Assembly (NCBI GenBank): GCA_036501025.1
Contig: DASYBB010000096.1
Coordinates: forward strand, 3,645-67,644
Source of the DNA: Streptosporangiaceae bacterium
Lineage (GTDB): Bacteria > Actinomycetota > Actinomycetes > Streptosporangiales > Streptosporangiaceae
DNA length: 64,000 bases
Direction of reading: 5' to 3'
Position numbers and translations under genes: made by a program. Of this stretch, positions 19,243 through 31,164 are shown piece after piece (within the stretch, counting starts at the first letter, position 1; each line of letters begins with the position of its first letter). The notes below the pieces were generated by a model. The model did not search any database. It was not told the origin of the DNA and saw nothing but the letters and a program-made list of their open reading frames with translations.

Positions 19243-19698
19243 CGGGCGGATCTCGTAGAGCCGGTAGGGCGGCGGCCCGGCCGTGGGGGCGCCGTACGGG
19301 GCGTCGTACAGGCCGTCTTGCACGGTGACCGGCCAGTCGTACTTGGCGCGGTAGGCACGGGCGATCCGCTGCAGGACCGCCTCGTCGGTGACCCGGCTGG
19401 CGGTCCCTTCAAGCACCAGGTGCATGTCCTGTGCCGTCACCGTGACGGTGCAGCGGCCGTCCTCGTCGAGGTTGCGGGCCTTGCGGGCGCCCGGGCTGGA
19501 GGTGGTGTACAGCTTCGCGCCATCCCATACCGCGAGGACCGGCCGGACCTGGGGCCGGCCGCTCGGGTGCGCGGTGCCCAGCCAGTAATAGCGGGCATCC
19601 GCGATGCGGTTGCGGCCCTCCTCCCACGCCAGCACCGTCGGGGGCTGGCCGTCATTGGTCAGCGGGCGGGCGGCTGGCCCGCTCCCGGGTACGCTCAT
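19174..19698 (-). CDS. Pyridoxamine 5'-phosphate oxidase family (split-barrel, probably F420/FMN-binding) protein
   Basis: 174 aa: YYWLGTAHPSGRPQVRPVLAVWDGAKLYTTSSPGARKARNL is typical of the PPOX class. Confidence 0.8.
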   Translation of the reverse strand: MSVPGSGPAARPLTNDGQPPTVLAWEEGRNRIADARYYWLGTAHPSGRPQVRPVLAVWDGAKLYTTSSPGARKARNLDEDGRCTVTVTAQDMHLVLEGTASRVTDEAVLQRIARAYRAKYDWPVTVQDGLYDAPYGAPTAGPPPYRLYEIRPSTVFAFVNDAKLAGAGSTRWSF

Positions 19699-19750
19699 GG
19701 ATCCTCCTCATCTGATCGGCCGCGCGCCGGGCGGGCGCGGGCGGGGCGGG

Positions 19751-19966
19751 TCACGGCAAGCGGGCCGCGCGGGGCTTCGCCGACTGGACGTGACTCGCCA
19801 GCCACCTGGCCGCGAGCGTGGAATGCCCCTCGTGCGTGCGGCCCGCGCGGGCCGGGCGGCGGCTGCCCCGCGCCGGTGCGGGGGCTCCGCGGCCCATGGC
19901 GGCGCGTCCCGCGTCACTCAGCTGCTGCTCGTACATGACGTTCTGCATGCTGTAGGGCAGGTACAT
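19751..19966 (-). CDS. Hypothetical 71-aa basic protein
   Basis: ATG at 19966, 6 nt after AAGGAG. High GC3. MYLPYSMQNVMYEQQLSDAGRAAMG... with no domain recognised. Sits just downstream of the sigma gene. Confidence 0.4.
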   Translation of the reverse strand: MYLPYSMQNVMYEQQLSDAGRAAMGRGAPAPARGSRRPARAGRTHEGHSTLAARWLASHVQSAKPRAARLP

Positions 19967-20078
19967 GTGCGTCTCCTTGCGCGCTCGGAGGCGGGAGCCT
20001 CCGGCCAGTGATGCATGTAATGACTGCCGGAGACCGGCCAACCAATCGGGCTCGCCGGATTGAGTTCCGCCTGATCGG

Positions 20079-21148
20079 TCAGGCGGGCAGCTCAGGAGGC
20101 AGCCCGAACCGGGGGAACACCGCGGCCCCGGTGAACCGGTCATCGTCGTAACCCCAGCGGGCGAGCAGCTCGGCCGTGACGAAGCAGGTCACCTGAGCGA
20201 TCTGGGTGCCGTCCGGCGCGAGAGTGAGCACGTCCAGCGCCGAGGCCACCCAGCGGCCGCGACGGGAATCGAAGGTGTAGCCGCCCGCGGCGAGCTGCCC
20301 GCTGGCGCGCGCGGGCAGGCGCCGCCAGGTTTCCCGGAATCCCCAGCCGGCCAGGAATCCGGCAATCGCCTGCCGCCCCTGGTACCAGGTCAGGACCGGC
20401 GGCATGGCATAGGCCGCGTCCGCGGTCAGCATGCCGACGACCGCGTCGACGTCGGCCCGCTCGATCGCGTCGCAATAGTCCTGCACCAGCGCGCGGAGCC
20501 GCTCGTCGCCGGCGGCGCGCAGCGTGGCCTGCTGGCTGCGCCCGGGTACGCGGTCCCGCACGGCCGCGCGGGCCCGCTGCAGGGCGCTCTGAACCGCCGG
20601 GACGGTCGTGCTCAGCAGCTCAGCCGTCTCCTTGTTGGAGAAGCCGAGGACCTCCTGGAGGATGAGCGCGGCCCGCTGCAGCGGCGACAGGTACTGCAGC
20701 GCCGCGACAAAGGCAAGCTCCAGGCTCTCCCGCTGCTCATAGCGCGCCTCCGGGGACGCGAACTCAGGCGCACAGGGGAAGGCCTGGTCAGGGTAGGGGT
20801 CGACCCAGGCCAGCCGGCCGGGGCCGGGGGGCCGTAGGTCATGGGGAGTTCGCGCCGGGAACGCCGGCGGGCGATGTCCAGCGCCGCATTCGTCGCGATC
20901 TTGTACAGCCACGACCGCACCGAACTGCGGCCCTCGAAGTCACGCAGCCCGCGCCACGCCCGCAGCGAGGCATCCTGCAGGGCATCTTCGGCGTCCGGCA
21001 CGGAGCCGAGGATCCGGTAGCAGTGGGCGTGCAGCTCCTGCCGGTAGGCCTGGAGGAGATCCTCGCACGCTCGCTCGCTGCCGTTCCGGGCCAGCTCGAG
21101 CAGGCTCGCCTCGTCACGCCCGCCGCGACGAGCGTCCGCGTTCGTCAT
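20079..21148 (-). pseudogene. Sigma-70 family (ECF-like) sigma factor with C-terminal SnoaL/NTF2-like domain, interrupted by a 1-nt frameshift in a homopolymer
   Basis: N-terminal frame (track ORF 20612..21193): region 2, LQDASLRAWRGLRDFEGRSSVRSWLYKIATNAALDIARRR. C-terminal frame (track ORF 20079..20912): region 4, LSPLQRAALILQEVLGFSNKETAELLSTTVPAVQSALQRAR, followed by the SnoaL-like tail. The frames meet at the G6 run at 20826-20831. One extra base would give ...ELPMTYGPPGPGRLAWVDPYPD. Confidence 0.8.
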
Positions 21149-21379
21149 CCACCCAGTGTCGCCTCCGGGCGCCGGCCCGGGCAGATGCAGCATGCCTTCG
21201 CCGACGAAGTGGCGCGGACCGGCGATACCGTTACCTCGATCGCTGGCCGCCTGGTCGGCGCCGCGGCCTGGCAGTTCTGATGGGCCTGAGTCTCCGCCGC
21301 ATCCGGGTCAGAGCATGAATGGCTCCGCGATTCCCGTGAGGGAATTGATGCTCCACTGCCGACGGGCCACGGTGATCCC

Positions 21380-21811
21380 ATGACCTGGGTTAATGACGCC
21401 ATCGTCCTCGTCGACCGCTACATGGCTGTGTGGAACGAGTCCGATCCCGCGGTGCGCAGCGAGCTCATCCGCAGTCTGTGGGCGTTCGATGGCGCTCAGA
21501 TCCTCGCCGACCCGCCTGCGGCGGCCCGCGATTCCGCCGTCCAGCTGCAGTTCGGGCCGCCGTCCTTTGACGTGCACGGCCACGCCGCGCTCGAAGCCCG
21601 GGTGACGCGAGCCTACGAGATGTTCATCGCGCGAGGCGAGTACCGGTTCACCTCGAACGGCGCCCTGCACGGCCTTCTCAAGGGCCTCGTCACGTTCGCC
21701 TGGGAGATGGTGTCGACCGCTGACGGGACGCACGCCGGCGGTGGCGTCGAGGTCCTCGATCTCGACGACAACGGCAAGATTCGGCGTGACTATCAATTCA
21801 TCGAGCGCTGA
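21380..21811 (+). CDS. SnoaL-like / NTF2-fold protein
   Basis: 143 aa: VDRYMAVWNESDPAVRSELIRSLWA...VLDLDDNGKIRRDYQFI. Divergent from the sigma gene. Confidence 0.75.
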   Translation: MTWVNDAIVLVDRYMAVWNESDPAVRSELIRSLWAFDGAQILADPPAAARDSAVQLQFGPPSFDVHGHAALEARVTRAYEMFIARGEYRFTSNGALHGLLKGLVTFAWEMVSTADGTHAGGGVEVLDLDDNGKIRRDYQFIER

Positions 21812-21935
21812 GCCACGTCCCGGCTTCCGCGCCTGTTCGGCCACGGGCTGGCCGGTCGTCCCCACATTGAGCCTCGGTCTGTGCTGCATGGCCAGGTATG
21901 GCCACCACGATGCCCGGCGCCGGCCGGCGCCGCAG

Positions 21936-24737
<2,802 letters not shown>

Positions 24738-24860
24738 CCGGCCTCCTTCCCCGCGACCACAGCGGACACTACAGGCGGCGGGCGGTCAGCGCGCTGGCCT
24801 GGTCCCGGACGGGCGGACCGGCCGGGGCGGCGGGCGCTGGCCGGGAAGGGCCACGTTTCG

Positions 24861-26321
24861 TCAGGTCAGAAGATGTGCTGCCCGGCCGGGCCGGGTGCGG
24901 CTGGCGACAGACGTGATGGTCCCGACCAGGGCGAGTGCCGCGAGCAGCAGGATGGCGTGCTTGTAGCCGGCGAGCAGCTCCATCGCGACCGCGTGCGAGA
25001 CGCGCGACGCGGTTCCGGCGTAGAACTGGCGGCGCAGCCCGGCGGCCAGCGGCGCGGTGACGATCCCGAGCACGACGGTCGTGCTGACCAGGTAGAAGAC
25101 TTCCGAGAGCATGAGCCGGGCGCCGTTGATCACCCCGCCGCTCACGCGCGGCCCGCGGGACATGACGACGTTGGCGTTGGCCGGCCCGAAGACGCCGCCG
25201 CCCGCGCCGATCAGCGCGAGCGCGACCAGGATGGGCAGGTACGCCCCGCCGATCGTGGCCGCGAGGAGCGCGATGCCGGCGAAGGCCAGCCCGGAGCCGG
25301 CCACGGCGAGCGTATCGGGCCGCAGCCACCGGGCCAGCCGCCCGGCGGAGACGGCGGCCAGCACGGAGGCGACCGGCAGCGGCGTGATCTTGACGCCCGC
25401 GGCGAGGGCGCTGTCGCCGGACACGGCCTGGAAGTACAGCACCATGAGCAGGACCGGGCTCCACTGCGCCATGGCGTTGGCGCAGGCGGAGGCCATCGCC
25501 AGCGACAGCGAGCGGTCGGCGAACATCCGCAGGTCGAGCAGCGGGTCCCGGATCCGGAGCGCGCGGGCGGCGAAGCCGGCCAGCAGCGCGGCCGCCGCGG
25601 CGGCGCCGCCGATGACGGGCGCGGTCAGCCAGCCGCTGGTCTGGCTGAGCGAGAGGCTGATGATGAGCCCGGCCAGGCCGGTCAGCACGAGGAGATTGCC
25701 GGGGATGTCGAGCGACCGGCCGCGCTCGGGCCGGGCGCCGGCCGGCAGCACGGCCCGGCAGGCCAGCAGGCTGATGACGCCGACCGGCGCACTGAGCAGG
25801 AAGATCCACCGCCAGCCGGCCGCGCTGGCGATGGCGCCGCCGACGGACGGGCCGATCAGCTGCGCGACGGAGATGGACGCGAAGTAGAGGCCGAGCGCGT
25901 GATTGGCGCGGTCCTCGGGCACCAGCTCCAGGACCAGGGCGGCGTTGTTGGCCCAGATCGCGGCGGTCCCGATGGCCTGGCAGGCTTCCAGCGCGATGAG
26001 CAGCCACACCGACGGGGCGACGCCGGCGATGAGGCTGGCGACGGTGAACGCGCCGAGGGCACCGAGGTAGACGTTCCGGCGGCCGACGAGGTCACCGATC
26101 CGGCCCATGCTGAGCATGAGCGCGGTGCTGGTGACCGACGGCGCGAGGATGATGAAGACGGCCGCCAGCGCGCCGGCGTGGAAATGCCGGACGATCGCCG
26201 GGACCGCGACGCTGAGCATGGTCGAACTCAGGCCGACGAAGAACGCGGTCAGCGACACGGCCGCCAGCGCCAGGCGCGGGGACACCCGCCCACGGGGGGT
26301 CTCCTGCTGCCGGGACTGCAT
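24861..26321 (-). CDS. MFS transporter, DHA2 (14-TMS, EmrB/QacA-like) family
   Basis: GRIGDLVGRRNVYLGALGAFTVASLIAG and many TM segments. Start set to the internal ATG at 26321; the track ORF extends to 26408. Confidence 0.9.
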   Translation of the reverse strand: MQSRQQETPRGRVSPRLALAAVSLTAFFVGLSSTMLSVAVPAIVRHFHAGALAAVFIILAPSVTSTALMLSMGRIGDLVGRRNVYLGALGAFTVASLIAGVAPSVWLLIALEACQAIGTAAIWANNAALVLELVPEDRANHALGLYFASISVAQLIGPSVGGAIASAAGWRWIFLLSAPVGVISLLACRAVLPAGARPERGRSLDIPGNLLVLTGLAGLIISLSLSQTSGWLTAPVIGGAAAAAALLAGFAARALRIRDPLLDLRMFADRSLSLAMASACANAMAQWSPVLLMVLYFQAVSGDSALAAGVKITPLPVASVLAAVSAGRLARWLRPDTLAVAGSGLAFAGIALLAATIGGAYLPILVALALIGAGGGVFGPANANVVMSRGPRVSGGVINGARLMLSEVFYLVSTTVVLGIVTAPLAAGLRRQFYAGTASRVSHAVAMELLAGYKHAILLLAALALVGTITSVASRTRPGRAAHLLT

Positions 26322-26387
26322 GGCGGTAGTCACGGGAGCGCCTTCCTGTCGCTGGTCGAACCCCCCGTCATTGTCAGCGGCCCGTGG

Positions 26388-26429
26388 TTCATACAGAACT
26401 GCAATCATTTATCTAACTGCTATTATGAA
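26388..26429. promoter_or_regulatory. AT-rich divergent promoter region with inverted and direct repeats (candidate LysR box)
   Basis: TTCATA (26388-26393) and TATGAA (26424-26429) are inverted. An internal direct repeat AACTGC(A/T)AT occurs twice. This is the only AT-rich stretch between the MFS and LysR genes. Confidence 0.4.
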
Positions 26430-26434
26430 TCGTT

Positions 26435-27370
26435 ATGACTGGCTACGATCCGCAGCTGCTCACGACCTTCCTGGCCGTCGAGCAGACCGGCAGCTTCACC
26501 CGGGCCGCCGCCCGGCTCGGCATCCAGCAGCCGACCGTCAGCCAGCACATCCGCCGCCTCGAGCAGCGGACCGGCCGGACGCTCGTGCTGCGCGACACGC
26601 ACTCGGTCGCCCTGACCGCCGACGGCGAGGCGATGGCCGGCTTCGCGCGGAAGATCCTCGCCGCCAGCGAGCAGGCGGAGGCCTACTTCAGCGGCTCGCG
26701 CCCGCGCGGCCGGCTCCGCATCGGCATCTCCGACGACCTCGCGCTCACCCGGCTGCCCCAGATCCTGCGCGACTTCCGCCGGGACAATCCGCTGGTCGAC
26801 TTCGTCCTCACCCTCGACCACAGCGGCCTGCTGCATCACCGCCTGGCCGACCACCGTCTCGACGTGTTCATCGGCTACCGGCCGAGCGGCGAGGAGCGGA
26901 GCCAGCTGGTCAAGCGGGACCGCCTGGTCTGGGTCGGAATCCCGTCCACCAGGCTCGACCTGACCCGGCCGCTGCAGCTGGTCGTCTACCCGAAGCCCAG
27001 CATCTCGCGGACCGAGATGCACCGGGCGCTGAACCGGGTCCGGCTGCCGTTCCGCAGCGCCTGCGTCTGCCACGCCGTCAACGGGCTGATCGCCGCCGTG
27101 GCCGCGGGGATCGGCATCTCGGCGATGGCCGCCAGCCTCGTCCCGCCCCAGCTCACCGTGCTCGGCCCCGGGCACCGGCTGCCCGAGCTCGGCACGATCG
27201 ACCTGGTCCTGCTGACCAACCCGCGCACCGAGCAGGAGCCGGCCGTGCGCGCCCTCGTCTCGACCGTGCTGGCCAGCGGGTCAGGGCCGCTGGCCGCCTA
27301 CCGCGAGGAGGCCGCCGGGGGGCCCGCCCGGCTGGCCACGGTGCCGGCCTGGACCGGGGACGCCTCGTAG
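26435..27370 (+). CDS. LysR family transcriptional regulator
   Basis: LLTTFLAVEQTGSFTRAAARLGIQQPTVSQHIRRLEQRTGRTLVLR HTH followed by a LysR substrate-binding domain. Confidence 0.95.
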   Translation: MTGYDPQLLTTFLAVEQTGSFTRAAARLGIQQPTVSQHIRRLEQRTGRTLVLRDTHSVALTADGEAMAGFARKILAASEQAEAYFSGSRPRGRLRIGISDDLALTRLPQILRDFRRDNPLVDFVLTLDHSGLLHHRLADHRLDVFIGYRPSGEERSQLVKRDRLVWVGIPSTRLDLTRPLQLVVYPKPSISRTEMHRALNRVRLPFRSACVCHAVNGLIAAVAAGIGISAMAASLVPPQLTVLGPGHRLPELGTIDLVLLTNPRTEQEPAVRALVSTVLASGSGPLAAYREEAAGGPARLATVPAWTGDAS

Positions 27371-27375
27371 CGCGG

Positions 27376-27786
27376 CTAGGCGCCGAGCGCGATCCGCATG
27401 GCCTTGAGGTTGCCCCGCAGGAACCGCGTGTAGCGCTCGGCCAGCGCGCTGTCGTCCGCGTCGGGATCGACCACGTGGTGGACGAGCAGGATCCGGGACC
27501 GGCTCACGTCGAGCGGGATGACGGCGATGGTGCTGCGGTACTCATACGCCGGCGGCCGGTCGAGCATGCCGTAGGTGTAGGAGAACTCCGAGCTGACGAC
27601 CTCGATCTCGCGGACCACCCGGTCGGGGGCCATGGGCAGGGAGCGCACGCGGCCTTCCGGCGTGTCCTCCGTCGTCTGTCCCTGGATCCGGGGCGCCCAC
27701 TTGCTGATCGCCGCGAAGTCGCCGATCACGTCCCATACCTGCCGGGCCGGCAGGTCGACGTCGGTGTGCTCAGTGAGGTCGGCCAT
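27376..27786 (-). CDS. SRPBCC family protein
   Basis: 136 aa from the internal ATG at 27786 (RBS AAGGAG): MADLTEHTDVDLPARQVWDVIGDFAAISKWAP... Confidence 0.8.
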   Translation of the reverse strand: MADLTEHTDVDLPARQVWDVIGDFAAISKWAPRIQGQTTEDTPEGRVRSLPMAPDRVVREIEVVSSEFSYTYGMLDRPPAYEYRSTIAVIPLDVSRSRILLVHHVVDPDADDSALAERYTRFLRGNLKAMRIALGA

Positions 27787-27820
27787 GGCTGGCTCCTTGT
27801 CCGCGGTCGTGGTCGGCGGG

Positions 27821-28174
27821 TCAGCGGGGGAGCGGCTTGTAGAAGACGAAGCCGTTGCCCTTGTTGTCGTAGACCACGGCGCGGCGCTCGTGCGCGTCGT
27901 CGTAGGGGCCCTTGACGATGCCGCCGCCGTTGTCCTCGATCGCCCGGGCCGCGCCGTCGACATCGTCGGTCTTGATGCCGACGACGACCTGGCCGGGGAT
28001 GGGGTGATCGATGGAGGTGGCCAGCGCGAGGGTGACGGCGCCGCCGTCGAGGGCGGCGTAGTGGTCGCCGTCGCGGAACTTCAGCGGGAAGCCGAGGGTC
28101 TCGGTGTAGAACGCGATCGACTCCTCGAGGTTGTCCGTCGACAGCACGATCATCCGCACCTGCTGGTCGCTCAT
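27821..28174 (-). CDS. VOC family protein (glyoxalase/bleomycin-resistance fold)
   Basis: 117 aa: MIVLSTDNLEESIAFYTETLGFPLKF...VVYDNKGNGFVFY. Confidence 0.9.
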   Translation of the reverse strand: MSDQQVRMIVLSTDNLEESIAFYTETLGFPLKFRDGDHYAALDGGAVTLALATSIDHPIPGQVVVGIKTDDVDGAARAIEDNGGGIVKGPYDDAHERRAVVYDNKGNGFVFYKPLPR

Positions 28175-28273
28175 GAGTACCTCCGCTCAGCAACCTAGCC
28201 TGCCCGGCCGCCCGTCACCCGGACGGGGTGCCCGGCCGCGTCCGGGCCGTCCGGGACACGTACAGTCGGCCGA

Positions 28274-29224
28274 GTGGATCATGGTGCGCCGGCCGGCCCG
28301 GTGACAGTGTCGCTTTACCTGCTCAACTTTGACGCCGAGCGGACGCCGGACCTGACCCGGCTGGCCGAGTGGACCAGGATTGCCGACGAGGCCGGTCTCG
28401 ACCGCGTGGTGCTGTCCGAGCACGTCGTCCTGGGCGAGCAGCTCGGCAACTACGCCCGGGCCGAGCTCGGCGGCGTGCGCGGCGGGACGCAGCCGACCGG
28501 GCCCGACGGCTCCTGGCTCGATCCGCTGGCGACCATCGCCTACCTGAGCGCGGTGACCTCCCGCGTCCGGTTCGCGACGGGCGTGCTGCTGGCCGCGCTG
28601 CGCAGCCCCGTCCTGCTGGCCAAGACGGCGGCGACCATCGACGTGCTGTCCGGCGGCCGCCTGGAGCTGGGCGTCGGGGTCGGCTGGCAGCGCGAGGAGT
28701 ACGACGCGACGGGACGCGACTTCGCCCGGCGCGGCCGCCGCCTCGACCGCAACCTCGCGGTCTGCCAGGCGCTGTGGACCAGCGACCGGGTGGACTACGC
28801 GGACGACGAGATCCGGCTCGACAGGATCCACCAGATGCCCAAGCCGGCCCAGGCGGGCGGCGTCCCGATCTGGGTCAGCGGCACCGTCAATCCCGGCGCC
28901 ATGAACCGCCTGGCCCGGTACGGCATCGGCTGGATCCCGTGGGGCGAGGACGCCGGCGACATCGCCGGCGGCATCGCCCGGATGCGGGCGGCCATGACCG
29001 AGCGGCAGCGCGATCCGGGATCCATCCGCGTCACCGCGCCGTTCGATCCGGTCCTGCGCGGCGACGGAACGGTCGACCCCGGCGGAACGCTCGCGCGGGC
29101 CGCCGGCCTGCGATCGGCCGGAGTCACCGACCTTCAGCTCCGCTTCCCGCGCACCGTGAGCCTGCTGAGCCTCGCCGATCAGCTGCGCGCGGTCGCTTCC
29201 CTGGTGCGCGACGGAGGGTCCTGA
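28274..29224 (+). CDS. LLM-class (luciferase-like) F420-dependent oxidoreductase
   Basis: LDRVVLSEHVVLGE..., LDPLATIAYLSAVTSRVRFATGVLLAALRSPVLLAKTAATIDVLSGGRLELGVGVGWQREEY. Confidence 0.9.
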   Translation: MDHGAPAGPVTVSLYLLNFDAERTPDLTRLAEWTRIADEAGLDRVVLSEHVVLGEQLGNYARAELGGVRGGTQPTGPDGSWLDPLATIAYLSAVTSRVRFATGVLLAALRSPVLLAKTAATIDVLSGGRLELGVGVGWQREEYDATGRDFARRGRRLDRNLAVCQALWTSDRVDYADDEIRLDRIHQMPKPAQAGGVPIWVSGTVNPGAMNRLARYGIGWIPWGEDAGDIAGGIARMRAAMTERQRDPGSIRVTAPFDPVLRGDGTVDPGGTLARAAGLRSAGVTDLQLRFPRTVSLLSLADQLRAVASLVRDGGS

Positions 29225-29252
29225 CCCCGGTCAGTCGTCCCCCTGGCCGGCG

Positions 29253-29984
29253 TTACTCCAGGACGTCGCTGCGGAGCTGGGGGAGCACCCGGGCGACCTG
29301 GCCGAGCAGGTAGTCGCCTTAGGTGCCGGTGAAGGCCCGCAGGTCCTGGCCGTCCCACCGCCGCCGGCCGTCGTCCCCGGCAGCGGCGCGGCCGGCAAGC
29401 GGCGGTACTTCGGCGGCGAATCCCGGGTCGAGGAAGAACGGGAAGGAGAGCCGGCCGTGCCCGCTGAGGTTGCGGACCCGGTGCGGCGTCGACCGGTACC
29501 AGCCCCCGGTCAGCCGGTCGAGCATGTCGCCGATGTTGGCGACCAGGGTGCCGGGGATGGGCGGGGCGTCGATCCAGCCCTCCGGCGCGGGGACCTGCAG
29601 GCCGCCGCTGTCGTCCTGGGCGAGCAGGGTGAGCAGCCCGTAGTCGGTGTGCTCGCCGACGCCCCAGCCGCTGGCCCCCGGCGGCGCGGGCGGGTAGTGG
29701 AACATGCGGAACAAGATGGTCGGGTCCGCGGTGTACCCGGTGGCGAAATACCCGCTGTCCAGCCCGAGGCTCAGCGCCACGCCCGCCAGCACGGCCTGCC
29801 CCAGGCCGGTCAGGGCCTCGAGGTAGGGCCAGCACCAGCGGGCCCAGCCGGGGGACCTGGGGCGGGAACCGGTTGGGGCCGTGCAGCGGCCCGAGCGCGC
29901 CGCGGCCGGGGAGCTGCCGGTCAGCGGGCCGACATCGATGACCGGCAGCGTCGCTGTACCACCCGGCCCGGCCATGACCACCAT
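29253..29984 (-). pseudogene. 2OG-Fe(II) oxygenase (isopenicillin-N-synthase-like) gene with multiple lesions
   Basis: LPVIDVGPL (DIOX_N start) is followed by loss of about 90 aa. [14 protein letters not shown] is in another frame, with a shift at the G5 run at 29850-29854. The core [16 protein letters not shown]...STPHRV is present. An in-frame TAA at 29319-29321 is followed by the family C-terminus GDYLLGQVARVLPQLRSDVLE. Confidence 0.7.
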
Positions 29985-30195
29985 TCTGCCCGAACCCGGA
30001 CCGCCGGCCGGCCGGCCGCGGCCGTGACCCCCGTACCGGGGGATACCAATTTCGTGCATTATGCAAGATGCTTAGCTCATGGGCATCAGCTGGAGCGAAT
30101 CAGCCGCGGATCCGGGGGAGTTCTGGCCGGGCCGGTACTGGCGCAGGCGCCTGCGGGGGCGTCACGCGGGCCGGCGTGCTGCCCCGGCGCGCCGG

Positions 30196-30840
30196 TCAGC
30201 GGGTATCGGCCGCCAGCCCCAGGCCGATGCCGATCAGCGCAATGCCGGTGAGGCCCTCGAGCCGGCGCCGCGCGGCGGGCCGCTGCAGCCAGCCGGCGCC
30301 GGAGGCGGTCATCCAGGCCAGGGCGGCTAGCCAGGCGCCGGTCTCGACCAGGAACCACAGGCCCAGGGCGAGGGAGAACGCCGCGGCCGGGACGCCGGCC
30401 GGGATGAAGCCGGGCAGGAACGCGACGAAGAACACGCCGATCTTGGGATTGAGCAGGTTGGACAGCAGCCCGGCGAGGTAGGCATGCCGGGCCCGCAGGC
30501 CGCTGAGGTCGGGGCCGGGAGCGGGGCTGCCGCCCGCCCGGCGTGCGCTGCGCAGGCCGCTGACGCCGAGAAAGACCAGGTAGGCCGCGCCGGCCAGCCG
30601 CAGGATGTCGTAGCCCACCTGGCTGGCGCGCAGCAGGGCGGACAGCCCGAGGGCGGCGGCCACGGCCCAGGCCAGCAGGCCCGACACCGTGCCGGCGGCC
30701 GTGACCCAGCCCGCCCGGCGCCCGCGGCGCAGCGTGTTGCGCATGACGAGCAGGCTGTCCGGCCCCGGCGCCAGGATCAGCAGCGTCGAGGTGATCGCGA
30801 ATCCGAGCAGCGCGCCGACCACGGCCATTCCTCCGGTCAC
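30196..30840 (-). CDS. LysE/RhtB family amino-acid efflux translocator
   Basis: 214 aa: LLILAPGPDSLLVMRNTL..., LLSNLLNPKIGVFFVAFLPGFI. Confidence 0.9.
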   Translation of the reverse strand: MTGGMAVVGALLGFAITSTLLILAPGPDSLLVMRNTLRRGRRAGWVTAAGTVSGLLAWAVAAALGLSALLRASQVGYDILRLAGAAYLVFLGVSGLRSARRAGGSPAPGPDLSGLRARHAYLAGLLSNLLNPKIGVFFVAFLPGFIPAGVPAAAFSLALGLWFLVETGAWLAALAWMTASGAGWLQRPAARRRLEGLTGIALIGIGLGLAADTR

Positions 30841-30903
30841 CTGGTGTCCCTGGCCACGCTAGCCAGGCATGGGCGGCATGCGCTGCCAAGTATTGCCGTC
30901 GAG

Positions 30904-31164
30904 ATGGCCCGGCAGGACCGCGCAACTCTCGAGGCATTCGAAACGGAGGTGTCCCGGATCGACGAGATCACCGAGTGCCGGCGCATGTTCGGGCACCCCG
31001 ATTACCTGCTCTGGGTCGCGGCCCGTGACCTGGAGGCGTACGAGCGCCTGTACATGGCGCGGCTGACGGACCTGCCGGGCGTCGCACGCACCCTGTCGCA
31101 GTTCACGATGAAGACGGTCAAGAGCGGGGGCGGCGGCCTGCCGTCCGCGGCGCGACGCGCCTAG
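30904..31164 (+). pseudogene. Lrp/AsnC family regulator, C-terminal RAM (ligand-binding) domain only; HTH domain absent
   Basis: ...ATLEAFETEVSRIDEITECRRMFGHPDYLLWVAARDLEAYERLYMARLTDLPGVARTLSQFTMKTVK. Only 63 nt separate it from the divergent LysE start, so there is no room for the roughly 60-aa HTH. Confidence 0.55.

Noticed and set aside
21341-21363. ECF-type promoter (GGAAT ... CGAC) in front of the SnoaL gene
   Set aside because: There are only 14 nt between the elements, against the usual 16-17, and it is a single occurrence. It is mentioned in the sigma-factor finding but is not annotated as a feature.
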